NCBI RefSeq assembly: GCF_036321535.1
Contig: NC_087437.1
Coordinates: 57,104,001 to 57,168,000, forward strand
Reading direction: 5' to 3'
Length of the DNA: 64,000 bases
DNA from: Camelus dromedarius
Lineage: Eukaryota
Part shown: piece after piece, positions 62,973-64,000 of the stretch
Numbering within the stretch: the stretch's first letter is position 1
Layout of the letters: each line of letters starts with the position of its first letter
The notes under the pieces: generated by a model
Databases searched by the model: none
Seen by the model: only the letters and a program-made list of their open reading frames with translations
Told to the model about the DNA's origin: nothing
Translations under genes and position numbers: made by a program

Positions 62973-64000
62973 TCAGTTATTTCCAGTTCAAAATAATTTC
63001 TGTCAACTAAACTCCACTTGAGCTTTTCCAAAGTTTTCCTGAAAATGTCCATATGGATACAAGAAAAGAAGAAATTGATATAGTTTACACAAATCAGATG
63101 CACAATGCCAGCTTCCTGACAAAATTAACACAAAATATGAAGTAGCCAGAGCTTGAAAATTCCTACCAGAGCTTTAATAAATGGTCTAAGTCAACAGTTT
63201 CTTCAGACTGAAACTGAAAATAGTATGAAAATTCTGTTCTTTCCTCAGAAGATAGAATAAATCCAGTAATAATAACACAAGAAACTAGGAGTCTATTTCT
63301 CCCTTCCCTACTGGTAAACTATTTTGTTAGGGATTATGGCCTGCTTCTGTATTCTACACTGAGGAAAAAATTAAGTGTATATAGTTCATAAGAGTTTGCC
63401 TGAAGGAAACAATGTTTGTCCCTGAGGAATATATCTTTAAGCCTGAAATTCAGGGTCTTGAGTATCTCAAAAAGAGCAGAGGCCTTTTCAGAAGTTTCTC
63501 AAATAACCACCCGTGTGCCTATTCCACTGACTTTGACGGATGCCAGTCTCAGAAACAGGAAGCTTACACCCAACAAACTGATACACTATAACATTGATTA
63601 TTCTGGTTATATATTTGGTTAATGACTAGTGTTGGATATATTTTTACTTTTTAGAAATAAGTTGTGGTATAGATTTTTATGATTGTTTTGTATTATTATA
63701 TGGTTACTTTTATTATTTCAGTTGCTCTGGATACTTACATTGTATTGGATGAGTTAAAATTAATGTTCTCTTCCAAAATTCTTTCTGCTGCCTATTGGTC
63801 TACAAAGACTGAGTTTCCTAGGGCAGGGGTCACGTGTGAATCATCTGTTTCTTCATTGCTTAGCTTAGTGCCTAACAATAGCAGATACTGAGGAGCTGTT
63901 TGAAGAATAAATAAATTATATGTTGTGATGATTGGCTGTGACATGACTCATTGCTTTGATATTATAGATGGTATCTTAGTAAATTACTTTGCAATAAATA

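Noticed and set aside
1..64000. A novel multi-gene or prokaryote-style system
   Set aside because: No ORF longer than 114 aa, no operon-like structure and no recognisable host exon. The content is explained by mammalian interspersed repeats and short unique spacers.

Overview
This is an AT-rich, repeat-dense mammalian intergenic or deep-intronic window. It is probably camelid: it carries a Vic-1-like tRNA-derived SINE and cetartiodactyl-type L1 3' ends. I recognise no host protein-coding exon, RNA gene or CpG island, and the supplied ORFs are chance ORFs, low-complexity translations or decayed L1/ERV fragments. The largest structured object is a decayed minus-strand Class I (ERV1) provirus at ~27.2-31.9 kb. 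It has a 3' LTR, polypurine tract, integrase, RNase H, the C-terminal half of RT, and gag. It has no env, protease and N-terminal RT are deleted, there is no 5' LTR, and it sits inside the 3' LTR of an old MaLR (MLT1) element that keeps its internal region. The rest of the window is six solo ERV LTRs (several with readable target-site duplications, TSDs), many MLT1 LTRs, old and young L1s, L2/MIR relics, a MER33 hAT element, microsatellites, and a few unique islands with transcription-factor motif clusters or splice-site pairs. I found no evidence for a novel multi-gene system. Repeat family names come from recognition by eye and need RepeatMasker/Dfam confirmation, and boundaries without a TSD are approximate.
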